The notes below the pieces were generated by a model that saw only the letters and a list, made by a program, of their open reading frames with translations, did no database searches and had not been told where the DNA came from. This document shows positions 1 through 12,118 of a stretch of DNA of 60,943 nucleotides, one piece after another. The DNA is from Thelocarpon superellum (lineage: Eukaryota), in the NCBI GenBank assembly GCA_026025795.1, contig JAPEUG010000064.1, forward strand, positions 1-60,943, in the 5' to 3' direction. Each line of letters begins with the position of its first letter. Within the stretch, counting starts at the first letter, position 1. The position numbers were made by a program, and so were the translations under genes.

Positions 1-280
1 AGAGGAACAGGTGGTGCCGCTACCGTCACACCCTGGTGGGCCCTGGCCCCCCCTGGTCCGCGTTTGCAAACGAGCCCCAGAAGAAGCTCTGGTACGCCAT
101 GCGCCATGCCCATGCGCTCCCTGGTAGTTACAAGTACAGTTAGTGACTGAATACGGAGGACTCGTACCGACCCTTTGCTCCATGCTCCCCGTCCCCGTCT
201 CCCGGCTGCCCCCGTTCTTGGTGGCCACAGCTATTTTGGCCTCCGTTTGCGACTTGCTGCGGCCGCTCAGGCTGCCGCTG

Positions 281-320
281 ATGCACGCTGGTGCACGCTG
301 GTGCACGCTGGTGCACGCTG
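281..320. repeat. 10-bp tandem repeat (RTGCACGCTG)x4
   Basis: atgcacgctg gtgcacgctg gtgcacgctg gtgcacgctg read directly. Confidence 0.95.
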
Positions 321-931
321 TAGGCTTCACGTCTCACCCGCACCACCACCACCACACCGACCACTACCACTGTCGTCGCCGCCCCCCCTCCTGATAATAA
401 TCCCCAGTCCCCGATCACTCCCAAATTCAATCTCGCCAGCCCTGGTTCATCAACCCTTCCAGAGATACCCCCCGTCAGTTTTCCTCCTCCATCCGTCGCC
501 GACCGACACCTACCACGCCCCTCATTTACGATTCACCGACCGCCCATCGGTACCCTCGCCTCCTCTCATCTCCTCCACACGCTCGTTCGTCTTGAACCCC
601 CTACCGCACCATCTTGCCGCCGTCTGGCGCAAATCACCTTCCGCGCCGTCCCCTTTCCTCCGTAGCGCGGCCGTCTCCTTCGTGTCCGCCCCCATCCCGT
701 CATCTCCCGCGGGTTACGCCGTGCCACATCCACCACCATCGTCTGCGGCCCCGCTGGTGCCTCTCCTCCACCATCATCTTGCTTGCCGCCGTCCGTCGGC
801 TGTTTGCTATCACGTCCTTCCTCCACCCGGGCTGAGGTTATTTCCACGGCGGGCAGGCTTTTCGCGCCGCCATCATCGCTCACGTTGATTGTCGACGCGA
901 CCACTGCCGGGAGTCCCCACCTAAGGACACC

Positions 932-2407
932 ATGTCGACCGCCGTGGCTTCCTCGGCCATGCCATCGCTCACCACCTCCGCGCTCGACCGAGAGGTGAGC
1001 CCCAAATCGTACCCTCCGATCCCGCGGCCGTCGTCGTCCAGCCCGGCACAGCGCGGAGCCGCGACGACGCCACCCAAGACAAGCAGTGCCAATGCCTCAT
1101 CCGCGTCCTCAACCTCTGCCGCCCCCGCGGCGGAGCGAGTGTCGCCGCGAGGCAGTGCTGATGGCAAATCACCGCGAGTGTACATCTCCCCTAGCGTTGA
1201 ACCTGCCAGTCGCTCCATATCTCGACTGCGGCTGATTCCGACATCTGACAGAGCTCGCAATAGTGGCCCACCCAAGATCATCGTGAAGAAAGAACCGCCA
1301 ACCTCTCCCGATCTCCAGACTGCGCGCCACCGGCCCCGCAAATTGGATCTGTCCAAGGGTTTGCCTGCCGGGGGACCACTGACCTCACGAGCCTCGGGGG
1401 GGCCGCTGACCTCGCGCGACGGCAGCGGCATTGGGATGCATGACGTTGGCCTTGCCTGCCTGTCGCCCGGATTTTCCACACAAGACCCGACGATGCGTGA
1501 ACAGCTGCAGCGAAGTATCTCCGTGCGTGACCAGCAGCGACACATCATCGAGTCCCGTTTGCAGAAAACGGCGAAGCCGGGCGAAGGGGAAGGCATGAAC
1601 ATGAAACTTGGCGAGACGAATTCTCACGGTGGATCAAAAACGCCGTCGACGTCGCGGAGGAAGGCTCCGCCGGGCCTTTCCATCGTCGCTCCGTCACACG
1701 AGCAGTTCGCCAATGAACGAGTCATTCAGTCTGCGCCGCTCAATCGATCCTTCCCTGGTCGACATCAGCCGGAGCCCATGACCCGGCATGTGGCCAACCA
1801 GCCATCTAACCTCTCCAACACCTCTCACATCCACCATGTACCGGCGACGCAGACCAACAACCGTCTGCCGCCCATCACGGACGTCTTTGCGTCTGAGGGA
1901 CTCGGCGCCCACCGGGAAAGCGGGCACAAGAGTGGCCCATATCAGTCGAATGGGGAATCCTCTCACTCAAATACCCGACCTCCCTTCCCCTCGCCGGGTC
2001 ACACGTCGGCACAAGCCCCAATGTCGGCATCGGGCCGGCCGCGAGAGTACCGGTCTGCCGAGGAGCATCTGGCATCCATGTCCGGCGGCCGGGAGGACTT
2101 GCTACCGAAGATCATCCATTACGGAGGCCACCAACCGCCCACGCCGCCGTCGCCCATGACTGGGAACGCGGTGACGCCCCAGAAGCTGCAACACTCGCAA
2201 TCGAGCCAGGACGTGCGCAGTGGCGGCGGGCGACGACGACCGCGGGCTGAGTATGAGCGAGACATGGGCACGCCGCCGCTGGGCGGCGGACGCGAGGCTC
2301 GACGGGGGCCATTTGGCGAGGACCGGGACAGCCCCGAGAGCAATCGGAGGAAGAAGGACGAATTCCTGGGCTTGTGTGCGCGAGCTTGGGATCTTTTCCA
2401 CTCGTGA
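932..2407 (+). CDS. Conserved fungal hypothetical protein, possibly a Dig1-like Ste12/MAPK regulator (491 aa, intronless)
   Basis: Long ATG ORF, largely S/P-rich, with conserved-looking islands GLACLSPGF, LQRSISVRDQQRHIIESRL and C-terminal KKDEFLGLCARAWDLFHS. Function is inferred only. Confidence 0.85.
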   Translation: MSTAVASSAMPSLTTSALDREVSPKSYPPIPRPSSSSPAQRGAATTPPKTSSANASSASSTSAAPAAERVSPRGSADGKSPRVYISPSVEPASRSISRLRLIPTSDRARNSGPPKIIVKKEPPTSPDLQTARHRPRKLDLSKGLPAGGPLTSRASGGPLTSRDGSGIGMHDVGLACLSPGFSTQDPTMREQLQRSISVRDQQRHIIESRLQKTAKPGEGEGMNMKLGETNSHGGSKTPSTSRRKAPPGLSIVAPSHEQFANERVIQSAPLNRSFPGRHQPEPMTRHVANQPSNLSNTSHIHHVPATQTNNRLPPITDVFASEGLGAHRESGHKSGPYQSNGESSHSNTRPPFPSPGHTSAQAPMSASGRPREYRSAEEHLASMSGGREDLLPKIIHYGGHQPPTPPSPMTGNAVTPQKLQHSQSSQDVRSGGGRRRPRAEYERDMGTPPLGGGREARRGPFGEDRDSPESNRRKKDEFLGLCARAWDLFHS

Positions 2408-2963
2408 CACGGCCTCGACCGTATGACTCTACTCGCTTGCCAGACACGATCATCTTCGACGCGTACACCTTTCTTGGCCATTGCCTCTATGATCCTCCAA
2501 GGGCCCCTCCTCTTTAAGGCGAAACGGTTGTTGACGCGAGATTGACCCAGAGCCCGACACGGGAGACGTGCCGGTGTATATTAATCGGGCATGGACATTT
2601 TGGACGGGAGGAGACTTCTTTTAGGATACGGCTGCAGAGCCTGGTGTTGTGGCGCTGGCGATGATGATGTTTCTGCTACTGCTTGACATGGGTTCGTTCG
2701 TCTTTTTCTCCGCGTTCGGGAGATCCAACATACGCCTTTGCTATTTCCCCTCGTTTTGGCTTTTGAATGTGCCAGGTCTAGAATTGAACCTGTTCAGATC
2801 CCGCTCCTCTCGTGCTCTGAACCTCATCACCGCAGGAGAATTCGAGTCCCGGGGTGAAGTGACGTGGTAGTTGTTCGACAAGTGAGAGAGGTATCGTAGA
2901 CATGCGTAACGCTTGGTACGGTCGAACGCGCCGCGCCCCGCGGCGCAGCCCGAGCCTTGCACA

Positions 2964-4041
2964 TCATGAAGGAGCATCGACGGAGCCAGGGCCAGGGCCA
3001 GGGCCGGATACTCCTCTCCGCTCCAGAGGCATGTTCCGTCTCTCCTTGGACGCCTTTTTCTTCCGTCGTCGCTCCATCACGCGCTCCAGCTGCTTCTCCT
3101 TCAGCCCGCTGTAGCGCTCGACTAGGGCGAGTTTCTTTTGTTCCGCTTTTCCGGGTATTAGTTCTGCCTTGAGCGGAGAGAAGGGGGAGGAGAAGAGGAC
3201 TGGAGATACCTTTCTTGAGGTAAAACGGCTTCTTGCCCTGCTTGATCAGCTCCTTCTCCTGTGCGCGGTGCCGGCGGAGGATTTCTTGCTGCTGGTCCTT
3301 TGCCTCCTGGGCCTTGCGTTTGGATTCCTGATGACATGATCAGTCCCCCCCCTAAATCTGCAGTTCGAGAGACGGTGGAAGGGGTGGTGTACCATGGACA
3401 AGAGCTCGCGCTTGAGCTTGGCCTTGGCGCCCTCGTCCTTGGTCTTCCTGATGGCGTCTTTCAACTGCTTCATTTCGTCGAGCTGATACTGCTCGAGGAA
3501 GGCGTAGTTCGATCTCGTCTTCTCTGGGTTCACGGGCCCACCCAGAGACTCGAACCGAGGGTCCCGAATAGCTCGCTTTGCCACCGGGACGACCTCTCGT
3601 CTTCGCGTCACGGCCTTTCGACTCGAAAGCTCCGTCGGCGCGTGTTTGCTGCTCCGGCTGTGACCATCCCGCGCCTGTTCTTTCTTCTCTCTGGCTTCTT
3701 GTAGTTTCTGCCGTAGCTCCGACAGCTTCTCTGATCCGGCCTGAGCCTCCGTAAGACCAATGCGTTTCCGCTTTCCGAGCGTCCGCTGGGCTTTGGCCAA
3801 GGCTCCAAAGGACAGGTTGCCGATGTCATCGCCTAAATCGTCCTCAGGTTGGCTCTGTGACACAAGAGGAGGTTAGCAATCAAAGGTGGCAACTGGAATG
3901 AGGAAGGCGTACAGTCTCATGCTCCTCGATGGACTCAGCTCGGTCCTCGTCGAATTCGTCTGACGAGGACCCCGAGAGGAGCTCGTCGTCATCATCATCG
4001 CCGCGTTGGGGTTTTACCCGCTCCTTGAGCTGTGGCAACAT
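2964..4041 (-). CDS. RRP36: rRNA biogenesis protein RRP36 (DUF947), spliced
   Basis: [33 protein letters not shown] and KPFYLKK motifs; last exon [11 protein letters not shown]...[12 protein letters not shown] at 4041, TGA at 2964-2966. Confidence 0.9.
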
Positions 4042-4572
4042 CCTCGGGGCTCGGCGGCATTCAACTCAGCCCTGTAACACTTTCCGACTGACAAAGCCCG
4101 TCGTCTCCGTCATGTCTAATCTTGACTTGCTTCCATCGTCGAAGCTGCACAAGTGAAGGGTTTAAATCTGCTCGACAGCATCTTTGGCGTAAACGGCACC
4201 TCTACTTGTCGTGCCCCACTATGGTCTTGCATCGCTGACTTGACGATCTCTCTGTTTGGTCTCGCTTCGTCTCGCCGAGTGTCGCGTCGTCCTTGGCCAT
4301 GATTCACCTCTGCTTCTTCGACATGTCAGGCAGAGAACAACAGGGGAAGGCATTGTAGGTCAGGGCAGATATCATTGTATTCGGTCTCAACTCATGCAGC
4401 GTGCTGCCGTGTCCATCCCACTTTTCAAACGATCCATCACCTCTCTTGCATCACAATGCCAGGTATCTCTGGGTCATCAAGCGTCCGCAAGCCCGTCCTT
4501 GACTTCCTTATATGACCCGGTAATCGTTAAAGTGATCGTTGCAAAATCTCACTTCGGACTAATTCATATCAG

Positions 4573-5886
4573 ATGGAGAAAGACCACGCGCCGAAGAAGA
4601 CACGTCCGAGAAGGAGGCACAAGAGAGGCAATGATAGCCAAGTCCCCACACCTGCTCTCGCCCTGAGGCCGCTCGGCCTCGATCCTATCCGCAACACGAA
4701 CTCGTTCACGGACGCACGACTCGGACCAAATGTTGTCGGGGACGGGCCGTATCTATCTGCAATGGCAGCAGATCCACCGCCAAGAGACATGGGTCTTGCC
4801 ACTTCTGCGCCTGTCCCGAGCCATTCCCTTCGCCAGACGGATCAAGCGCCTCCAAAAGTCAGCGAGAACGCCCGGAGCAGCTTGAGAGCCACCCGCCCTC
4901 GGAATGGACCTCAAGTGTCCAAAGGGCTTCACACTGGGCGCACCACGGGCGCAGCCCTGGCTGCACCACCGGCCGACGGCACCAAAGCACATGAGAGTCT
5001 CGACCATGGGATCGAAGATTTGAGTATCGGAAAGGATCAGGAGGCAAAGAGTAACAAGAAGAAGAAAAATCGTCGACGCAAGAATCAGGCCAACCCTGAT
5101 GTCCCGCCGTCATCGACCCAAGATCTGATGCAAACTCGAAAGGCGCCGACCGTGACGACGACCGGCGTTCCACAGCCACCACGGGCGCCTAAATACCAAA
5201 ACTCCGAACCTATTTTGCCGGTACCCCGGCCATCATCGGCGTACTTGTCTCAGTCCAGCAGGTTACCAGAGCGACTACACGTACCGCAGTGTCTCTTGTT
5301 GGTATTGGACTTGAATGGCACGCTATTGCACCGACCCAACAGGAAGCAGCCGAGCAACTTTGTCTCGCGTCCGGGTCTGGATGGCTTCCTGCGATACATG
5401 CTCACCCACCACGCTGTCATGGTCTGGTCCAGCGCTCGGCCTGAAAATGTGCGGTTGATGTGCAACAAGATCTTTCAGACGAGCCAGCGAGAGCGCTTGG
5501 TGGCCGAATGGGGCCGAGACCAACTGGGCTTGAGCGCACTGCAATACAGCTCCAAACTGCAAGTCTACAAACATCTCGAGCACGTCTGGAAGGCTCCTGC
5601 CATCGCAAGGACACACCCCAACTTTGCTCAAGGGGGACGATGGAGTCAGCACAACACCGTCTTGATCGATGATACGACCCTCAAAGCCGCCTCCCAACCT
5701 CACAACATCGTCGAGGTTCCCGAGTTCAAGGGGCAGCTGGAGCATGACGCCAACCCCTTGACACAGGTTGCAGCGTATCTCGAAGAGTTGTGCTGGTTCC
5801 GTGACGTGAGCGCCTTCATGTGTCAGAGGCCCTTCCAAGTGAAGACCGAATGGCGTGGCCCCGACCTCCTGGCCGGCTTTTCGTGA
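4573..5886 (+). CDS. NIF/FCP1-homology (HAD superfamily) domain protein
   Basis: LLVLDLNGTLL, RPGLDGFL, VMVWSSARPENV, YKHLEHVW and NTVLIDDTTLKA after a disordered basic N-terminus. Start codon uncertain. Confidence 0.88.
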   Translation: MEKDHAPKKTRPRRRHKRGNDSQVPTPALALRPLGLDPIRNTNSFTDARLGPNVVGDGPYLSAMAADPPPRDMGLATSAPVPSHSLRQTDQAPPKVSENARSSLRATRPRNGPQVSKGLHTGRTTGAALAAPPADGTKAHESLDHGIEDLSIGKDQEAKSNKKKKNRRRKNQANPDVPPSSTQDLMQTRKAPTVTTTGVPQPPRAPKYQNSEPILPVPRPSSAYLSQSSRLPERLHVPQCLLLVLDLNGTLLHRPNRKQPSNFVSRPGLDGFLRYMLTHHAVMVWSSARPENVRLMCNKIFQTSQRERLVAEWGRDQLGLSALQYSSKLQVYKHLEHVWKAPAIARTHPNFAQGGRWSQHNTVLIDDTTLKAASQPHNIVEVPEFKGQLEHDANPLTQVAAYLEELCWFRDVSAFMCQRPFQVKTEWRGPDLLAGFS

Positions 5887-5951
5887 CGCAAGTCCTGGGC
5901 AGAGGGGAAGGGCTGACGCCCTGTAACATTCCCTGGCGGCACGAGCAGCCG

Positions 5952-7238
5952 TCACGCTCGCCACTTGACCAGGACCTCATCGGTGCGGAATCGCTGGGTG
6001 CAGGTGCTGTCTTCCAAGGGGGTCCGGTAGCCGGTTTGATAGGCTAGTAGGCCCGCGTGGGCGATCATGATCCCATTGTCGATACAAAATCTGCCCTCCT
6101 GTGAGCCGGTGAATTGCTTATCCATGACCACAGACGCGTACCGTTCGTCGGTGGCAAAGACGCTGCCGCCACGATCTCGTGCCATTAAACCCATCATCTC
6201 CTGTAGACGCTCATTGCATCCGACCCCGCCCACGATCAGCACTTGAGTCGAGCCAACGTGTGCCATTGCACGCTCGGTGATCTCGACCAGCATGGCAAAA
6301 ACCGTCTCCTGCAGACTAAAGCACAGATCGGCCGCGGTGATGATGTCCTTGGTCTGTCCGTCCGTCCGGCCGGGATTTGCTCGAAGATCGGCCGCTAAGA
6401 GGTCGATCGACGCAAGGATGCCGGAGAAGGAGCAGTCCATGCCCTTGACTGCGTATGGTAAATCGAGCAGGTGCCGACCCCTGCGGCGCCTCGAGTTAGT
6501 AAAGCGTGGTATGAGTCGTCTGGGAGAGACGCACTTTTTCGCGAGCTGCTCGATGTTGTAGCCCGGCGCGGGGTCATTCGAGATTTCGAGTGTTCGGGCA
6601 AATCGGTCCAAGCAATTGCCTACGGCGATGTCCAGTGCCTCGCCAAAGATGCGGTATCTTTGGGCCCGTTAGGTCTCCATGCCTCCAGGCGCTCCAGATG
6701 AACCAGGGGAACCGTACCTCTGTTCGGCGTACGCAATGACTTGCGTATTTCCCCCACTGACATACAAGACCACGGGATTCTGCGCCCCGGTGATCTCCCG
6801 GCCCATCTCAATGTCTGCCAAGTTTTCTCAGTGATACCGCAGAGCGAGCGAGACCCAAGAAATCCAGGAGGAAGGTGACGTACGGCCGACGCAATGATTT
6901 ACCCCTACGAGCTCCTTCTCCCACAACAGGCTCAACATGCGTGCTGCCACGGCGACCGACTGCAGGGGCGCCCCCATGCCCGGCCCCTTGGTGTAGCAGA
7001 TACAGCCCACATCCTTCACCGTCACGCCCGCTTCCTTGAGTGCCTGCTTGACCAGAGGGACGACCCACGCCCGATGATGCTTGGCCGTGTCTTTGGGCAA
7101 AAACCCTTCCCCAGGCGGCGAGACGAAGGTGTGACGGATGTTGGCTAAGATCTGGGCCGGACCATTCTCCCCTTCAGGATGCAAGATCACGCCCACCCCG
7201 AGCTTGTTGGCGGATCCCTCCAGACCCAGCGCGATCAT
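5952..7238 (-). CDS. KAE1: tRNA N6-threonylcarbamoyltransferase Kae1 (KEOPS), spliced
   Basis: [33 protein letters not shown](H), [34 protein letters not shown]. Confidence 0.97.
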
Positions 7239-7460
7239 GATGAGCGTGGAGGCTGCTGGGCAGAGGGGCTGGCGTGGGGGGGCAAGTCACCCCCACCTAT
7301 TGTCCCAGAGCTCACGGGAATAACTTGACGCCTATTGTCTCGCGTAATCCGCTAGCAGGCGAGTTAAGTCGAGCTCCAGCTGCGGGCCTCGTAAATTATC
7401 TTCGCGAGGTGTAGCCCACACAACTTTCTCACCTTCGATGAATGCCCCTCCCACCTCATC

Positions 7461-9210
7461 ATGGAGATCCCGGATGACTTCCAAGCATCTACGGATGCCT
7501 TCCTCCGATGGTTCGAAAGCCAGCCAAATGCTCAGATCAATTCCAAGGTCACCCTGGCAGACCTGAGAGCCAAAAATGAGGGACGAGGACTGGGTGAGTG
7601 CTCCTCCTCTGATTCTGAAGGGTATCCCACCAGCTCATACGATTGCTGGATAGTTGCCCAAGAAGACATCACCGAAGACGAGGTCCTCTTCACCATTCCA
7701 CGTCAATCTATTCTCAACGTGCGAAATTCGGACTTGAGAACAAAAGCTCCCAACATTTTGGCAGACTTAGACTCCTGGCAGGTTCGTGCACGCGCTCTGC
7801 TTCATGACATTCAAGCTGACCATATCCTCAAGTCCCTGATCCTGGTTATGATCTACGAACACCTTCAAGGACCTTCATCTCCATGGAAAGAGTACTTGGA
7901 TGTCCTGATGGCCGCACAACTCGACGCGTTGATGTTCTGGTCTACAGATCAGTTGGCGGAGCTGCAGGGAAGCGCCGTAGTCCACAAGATCGGGAGAGCG
8001 GAGGCTGACCAGAGCTTTCGAGAGCATCTTCTTCCGCGAATTATGGTCCACTGCCCTTCCTCATGTCACGTACGGATGAGTGGCTGACTCCAGGCTGGCC
8101 AGGCACATCCACAGCTTTTCCCCTTGTCACATGACCGAGGCCTCGACGGTTCCGATGATGACGTGGCGAACAGCATATTGGCAAAGGCTCATTGCATGGG
8201 CTCCATCATTCTAGCATATGCCTTTGATATTGAGGAAGACGAGGAAGATGACGAGTCAGCCCACGACACCGATAATGATGCGGAAGAGTTGGTGGAAGAT
8301 GACGAAGAGGCCGTGATTTTCCCTAAAGGATTGGTCCCAATGGCAGATATGCTTAATGCGGATGCAGATATGAAGAATGTGAGAAGCGCGAAAAGCTGTG
8401 AGGGACCGTGCTTATACAGACACAGGCTCGTCTCTTTCAAGGGGAGTCGTCACTGACCATGAACACTCTGAAAGCCATTACGAAGGGCGAGCAAATATAC
8501 AACGACTACGGGCCATTACCACGCTCGGATCTCCTACGACGCTATGGCTATGTTACCGACGCATATGCGCAATACGACGTGGTTGAGCTTGCGACTGCGA
8601 TCGTTGTCCAAGTAATTTCGACCCAGATTGGATTGGAGGCCGAGGATCTTCGCGCGAGAGTGAGCATCTTTCCATGATAAACTCGATACCGAAGCGATCG
8701 ACTGATGAAACTTCAATTTCGAAGACTGAGTACTTGGAGGGGCACGACATCATAGATGATGCGTTCGACCTGTCACATCCGTCTTCAACGATTTCGGCCT
8801 TCCCCGACGAACTACTGATCCTGATCAACACGCTCCTCTTACCTCCCGAGGAGTTTGCAAAATTAAGCGCACGCGACTCTCTTCCCCGACCCAACCTTTC
8901 GGTAGAAGTAGCCGTCATATTGCGACCTGCTCTCGCTACACGTGTCCGCGACTACCCATCGAGCATTGAAGAGGACGAAAGATTATTTGATTTAATGAGG
9001 CAGGAAAAGCGTCCCATAAATGAGGTCAATTACCACCGGCGTTGGCTGGCGCTTCAGGTGAGACTGGGAGAGGAGAGAGTCCTCCAGGAAGCGCTGCAAG
9101 AGCTCGACAGGGTGGCTCCCACGGATAACACTACGAAGAGAGTGCCTTCATCGGATGCGTTGAACGAGCGGACCGGCAACGATAACCGAAAAAGGATCAG
9201 AATGGTCTAA
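7461..9210 (+). CDS. SET-domain lysine methyltransferase (Rkm4/SETD6-like) with Rubisco-LSMT substrate-binding domain, spliced
   Basis: GRG(I)VAQEDI, LFTIPR, LVPMADMLNAD, GEQIYNDYGPLPRSDLLRRYGY, C-terminal ALQVRLGE. Confidence 0.9.
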
Positions 9211-9471
9211 GGAGAGGGACCTGCGGCCTTGAACCATACCGAACCGGAAATCACATCTACGGAAGGACCAGACACACCCGGAAATACGACGGCAAAGAAG
9301 TTTACTTGAAGACAGCAGATTGCCATATCGCCACGCTTTTATGACAGATGATCTAAAATCGCTCCCGAGCGGGGACCAAGGGCATAACGCCATATGATAC
9401 ATGCCAGACCCGCCAACCGGACGGCGACCGTGCGTCGCAAATATTACAGTGAGGAAGGGTGGGAGAGGACC

Positions 9472-11434
9472 TTATCCGTTGGCGGCGGCCTCGGCCGAGA
9501 CACGCTGTGCCCCGGCGCCATCCGGTCCCACGCCTGGGCGCATTAGAGCACCTTGTGCAGCGGAGTTCGAAGCGTCATGTGGAATCTGCCGAGCGGCCGC
9601 GGCGGCTGCACGATGCGCCCCGTACTCTCGGTGGTTCATGATGATGGACGCGCGATAACGCATGCGCATCGTCTGAAACGGATCGACCTGGTACACCGGC
9701 AACTCGTCGTCATCATCCTGATCGAACTTGAAGCGGTCCAGCAGCCGGGGATCGACGCCATCGGTCGACTGGAGACGCATGCCCCGTCGATCAATCATGA
9801 CGCGTCCGCCACGTCCAATGCGTCTACGGAAGGATGGCTGCTTCTGGGCGGACCCATCAAAGGTAGGTGAGGTATACCGAAGCACCACCGTATCTCGCTC
9901 GCGTTCGCGCTCGCGCTCAGGCTCTCGGCCCCGAGTCGGAGACGCAGCATCAGTGTGCTCGACACGGCCGGACGCGTCCGACGATTCCGATCCCGGGGGC
10001 GTGGGCAAGTAATCGGTGAGAGCGGTGCGGAAAGAGGAGGCGGCACCTTGCTCCGGCACAGGTGTCAGGGGCATCCGCGTGAGGTCGAGATAGCCCTTGT
10101 TCCACTCGCGATGAGCCGCGATCTTCTGATCGATTTCGCGCTGGATGGCATTCTCCTTTTCCGCCAGGGTGTCCTTGAGCAGGATGAGCTCGGCCTCGGG
10201 CGGTCGACCGTCGGGACGCGTGGGCATTCGGAGCTGTGGGCCCGACGGCCGCTGTGTGACTTCGGGGGTCTTCTTCTTCTGTGGCTGGGACGCCGTCAGC
10301 CTGGAGCACGACCAACTACGGACAGGATGGCCCACCTTTTGATTGATGAGGTCTTCGTCATCGCCTTTGATGCCGAGTTTCCGCTTGGTCTCCTTGACCT
10401 GTGCACGTTGTTCGAACAGCGTTCTCTCCACCGCCAGGAGCTCCCTCCTAGTCATCTCTCGCTGTTTGACGGTGGAGATGAGCTGCCGCGCATCTTCGAG
10501 CTCCTTGCGAAGCTTGCGCAGTTTCTCTGTGCTCTGTGCATCGCGGCCGCGCGTTTTGCGTACTTGACGCACTTCTCTCCGTCGGAAGCAGATGTAGGGA
10601 TCGGAATCGTCCGTCTCTTGACCCGTCTCGAGCTGGTCACGTCAGCGTGTGCATCACGCGGAAGGTGGTGGGGTAGCTCACCTTCAGGCCGGGCATGAGC
10701 GTCTTGTTGCCTCGTTTAAGACGTCGCGCCTTCCAGTGCGGGTAGATCTCGGGCGCCAATGAGCGGCCCTTCTCCTCGAGCGTCTCGTCGAAGGAGCTCT
10801 CCATCTCCTCCCACGTCACGACGGGCGGATTGTCGACCGCGGCGAAGGGCTGTTTGAGGCGCGCCGTCTGCTCGAAGAAGTCCATGACCTCTTCGAACAG
10901 ATCTTCGGAACATTGTGACGAGACGGGCTTCTTCTGGTTAAGTGTCTTCAGGAAGGCGTCGTCCGCGGCTGACATGCAGTACTGACATCCGCTGCAGTCC
11001 TCTACCGTGGAAGAGAAGCGGATGTAGGTGGCGGGCTGGGAGAACTTGAGCGGGTAGAAGCGGTCATATTGGATGTTGCTCTGGATGGTATCCGGGGTGG
11101 GGATAAAGATCTGGGCAACCTTGCCCCCGACCACGGCAGCTTGGGAGGCGGAGATGGCGGCTTGAAGATGGTGTTCCTAGCATGGGCACGAGCAGGGTCA
11201 GTCTGAATCCGTCCGTTTCGTGATCGATATCACGTGACGTGAGCAAACGCTCCGCGGAGGAGAGCAACTCACGATTTCCTCGCCTTTCTCGACGCCGGTA
11301 TCGACCTTGGGAATATTGCGCTGTTGATCATCTTCAACCTTTTCGACCTGATCCTCTCGCAAGATCTGAAGGCTGTGTTTGGTGGAGAGCTTGCGTTGGC
11401 GAAAGCGCGCACCCGCCGCTCCTGCGCGTGTCAT
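9472..11434 (-). CDS. EPL1: Enhancer of polycomb-like protein 1 (NuA4 subunit), spliced
   Basis: ARFRQRKLSTK, TGVEKGEE, IPTPDT, FSQPATYIRFSSTVEDC, CFRRREMRQVRKTR-type block, FRRRIGRGGR. Confidence 0.95.
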
Positions 11435-12118
11435 GGGGACAGCGACCGGCGGTCGGAGCGAGCCCCGACCGTGTCCTCCCCGCTGGCCTGTCGCGACCCT
11501 GGCCAAGTTTGGGTGACGACCCCACCCAAAATGGGTATCATTCGAATCGTCGGCTCATGCGACAGCGGATGGTCGAGGTTGCGAGTCGATCGGGATGGTG
11601 GTGGTGGAGTTATCGATGGCTTGGAGGTGGGGGGCGGTTCCAGGTGTGAGGTTGGCGTGAGGTTGAGATTTCTGCTGGTCACCTAGTTAGCGACGCTGCT
11701 GGGGGGACATGTTGGGTGGGGGGCCACCTAATGTCGCCGCAGCCGTAGGGGGGAACTTGGTGAATGACGAATCGGGATGGTGAGGGTCTTGCAACTGCTC
11801 GCTTAGCCAGCGTTAAAGCGGCGCCGTATATCATCATCGGAGGCCTTCACTCCATAAACACTGCGCGCGCACGGGACGGGCACACGATGCGAACGGGGGT
11901 TAGTGAGTCTACCTGGTGAAGCATTGACATACCGCGCGACCATCAGGAGAGTTATCATCAGGCAAGAAACATCGCAAGACAGTCTTACAACATTTCGTTA
12001 CACATGGGAAGATAAGGATCCGCCATTCTTTCCTCCACGACCGCTGCTCCCTCCCCCCCGCCACTTCCATCCACCGTCAGGAATCTCACCCCGCTCTCGT
12101 CGCCCACCATACCTCACG

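Noticed and set aside
281..320. Metal response elements (TGCRCNC match)
   Set aside because: That consensus belongs to animal MTF-1; no basis for it in fungi.
175..904. Pro/His-rich ORFs upstream of the first gene
   Set aside because: C-rich leader or promoter sequence with few stop codons; no coherent protein signal.
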